Source of the DNA: a virus
Taxonomy: Duplodnaviria; Caudoviricetes
IMG/VR virus record: IMGVR_UViG_3300020045_001019
Location: 1-48,045 of that record
Strand: one strand, 5' to 3'
Length of the DNA: 48,045 bases
The position numbers were made by a program, and so were the translations under genes. Under the pieces are notes generated by a model. The model was not told where the DNA came from. It made no database searches and was given only the letters and a program-made list of their open reading frames with translations. Below are positions 47,491-48,045 of the stretch, piece after piece. The first letter of the stretch is position 1. Every line of letters begins with the position of its first letter.

Positions 47491-47770
47491 AATATATTCT
47501 CCAGTTGATTAATAGGCCGGTTTGTGTTAGAAAACACATTATAGCAGACTGTCACTCTGCTACCGTTTGTTATCTACGTTCGCTAGAGACTTAATTCTAG
47601 CATAGATTAAAACAACCATAAGCCTTGACACGATGGCAAGTCTAGCGGGTAAGCATAACAATAGGGATAGGAAACAATCAATAAGAACTAGCATCCTAGT
47701 GAATCTGCTATCATGTTTCATATGGGACATTGTCATTGGCTGTCGCTTGTCTAGGTTTATGGGTATAAAT

Positions 47771-47782
47771 TGTTAATGAACT
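47771..47782 (-). promoter_or_regulatory. boxA-like element 2 (AGTTCATTAACA)
   Basis: Shares GTTC(T/A)TTAACAATT with element 1; sits in the linker between the two structured domains. Confidence 0.5.
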
Positions 47783-48013
47783 ACTAATTAATGGCTGTAA
47801 TTACACATCCAACATAGCCGGATGTGGTCTGACGGACTATTGAAACACTGTATGTAAACCCATGTTGATCTCTTCCCTGTTACTATCGGAGGATGTGAAC
47901 TGCCAGCCTAGGATGCTAGGGCGTGACAATCCATACCACGACACAAATAGTCTTTGGTACTAAAGGAACAACATGGCATACGTGAACAACTTCACGTCTA
48001 ACCATTAATCAAT

Positions 48014-48025
48014 TGTTAAAGAACA
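48014..48025 (-). promoter_or_regulatory. boxA-like antitermination element 1 (TGTTCTTTAACA)
   Basis: 11/12 match to the rrn boxA TGCTCTTTAACA. Confidence 0.65.
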
Positions 48026-48045
48026 TAGGTGCTAATTCACGATGG

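Larger units (their letters stand above)
47520..48025 (-). ncRNA. Candidate large structured RNA or leader
   Basis: No ORF of 60 aa or more; many complementary segments including long-range helices, pseudoknots and complementary hairpin loops. The G-U pattern of the outer helix favours the minus strand. Confidence 0.6.

Noticed and set aside
47538-47546. Extended -10 promoter TGCTATAAT on the minus strand
   Set aside because: Plausible, but there is no -35 match and it lies in a hairpin arm; too weak to list as a feature.
1-48045. Terminal direct repeats, integrase/att site, alternative genetic code
   Set aside because: The window starts inside the endolysin and I saw no shared sequence between the ends; no integrase found; genes read through normally in the standard code and the tRNA anticodon is CCA, not a suppressor.

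Overview
Near-complete (~48 kb) lytic podovirus genome with two convergent arms that meet at a bidirectional terminator near 24.9 kb. The + arm (1-24.9 kb) carries lysis, tailspike, terminase, portal, tRNA-Trp, scaffold, capsid, tail, internal virion proteins, an SGNH protein and PhoH. The - arm (24.9-48 kb) carries early genes, a five-gene amidotransferase/peptide-ligase cluster, primase-helicase, a sigma factor, intein-containing DNA polymerase A, exonuclease, ThyX, MazG, class II RNR and several HNH genes. No phage RNA polymerase or integrase is visible. The layout resembles PA11/SIO1/VpV262-type (Zobellviridae-like) phages; this is inferred from gene content only. Main observations: (1) a ~500-nt multi-pseudoknot RNA-like region with complementary kissing loops and two boxA-like sites at the early end; (2) GC-rich cassettes bounded by an in-frame CTAATCCCCTCA(CCGGGG) 'NPLTG' repeat that could swap C-termini onto a fixed N-terminus; (3) a GTCGAG-N18-TATAGT promoter-like motif ahead of four free-standing HNH genes and the capsid operon; (4) an ATT-initiated class II glutamine amidotransferase missed by the ORF track; (5) two copies of a GAA-loop hairpin element 39 kb apart. 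All structures were read by eye; no searches or folding were run.
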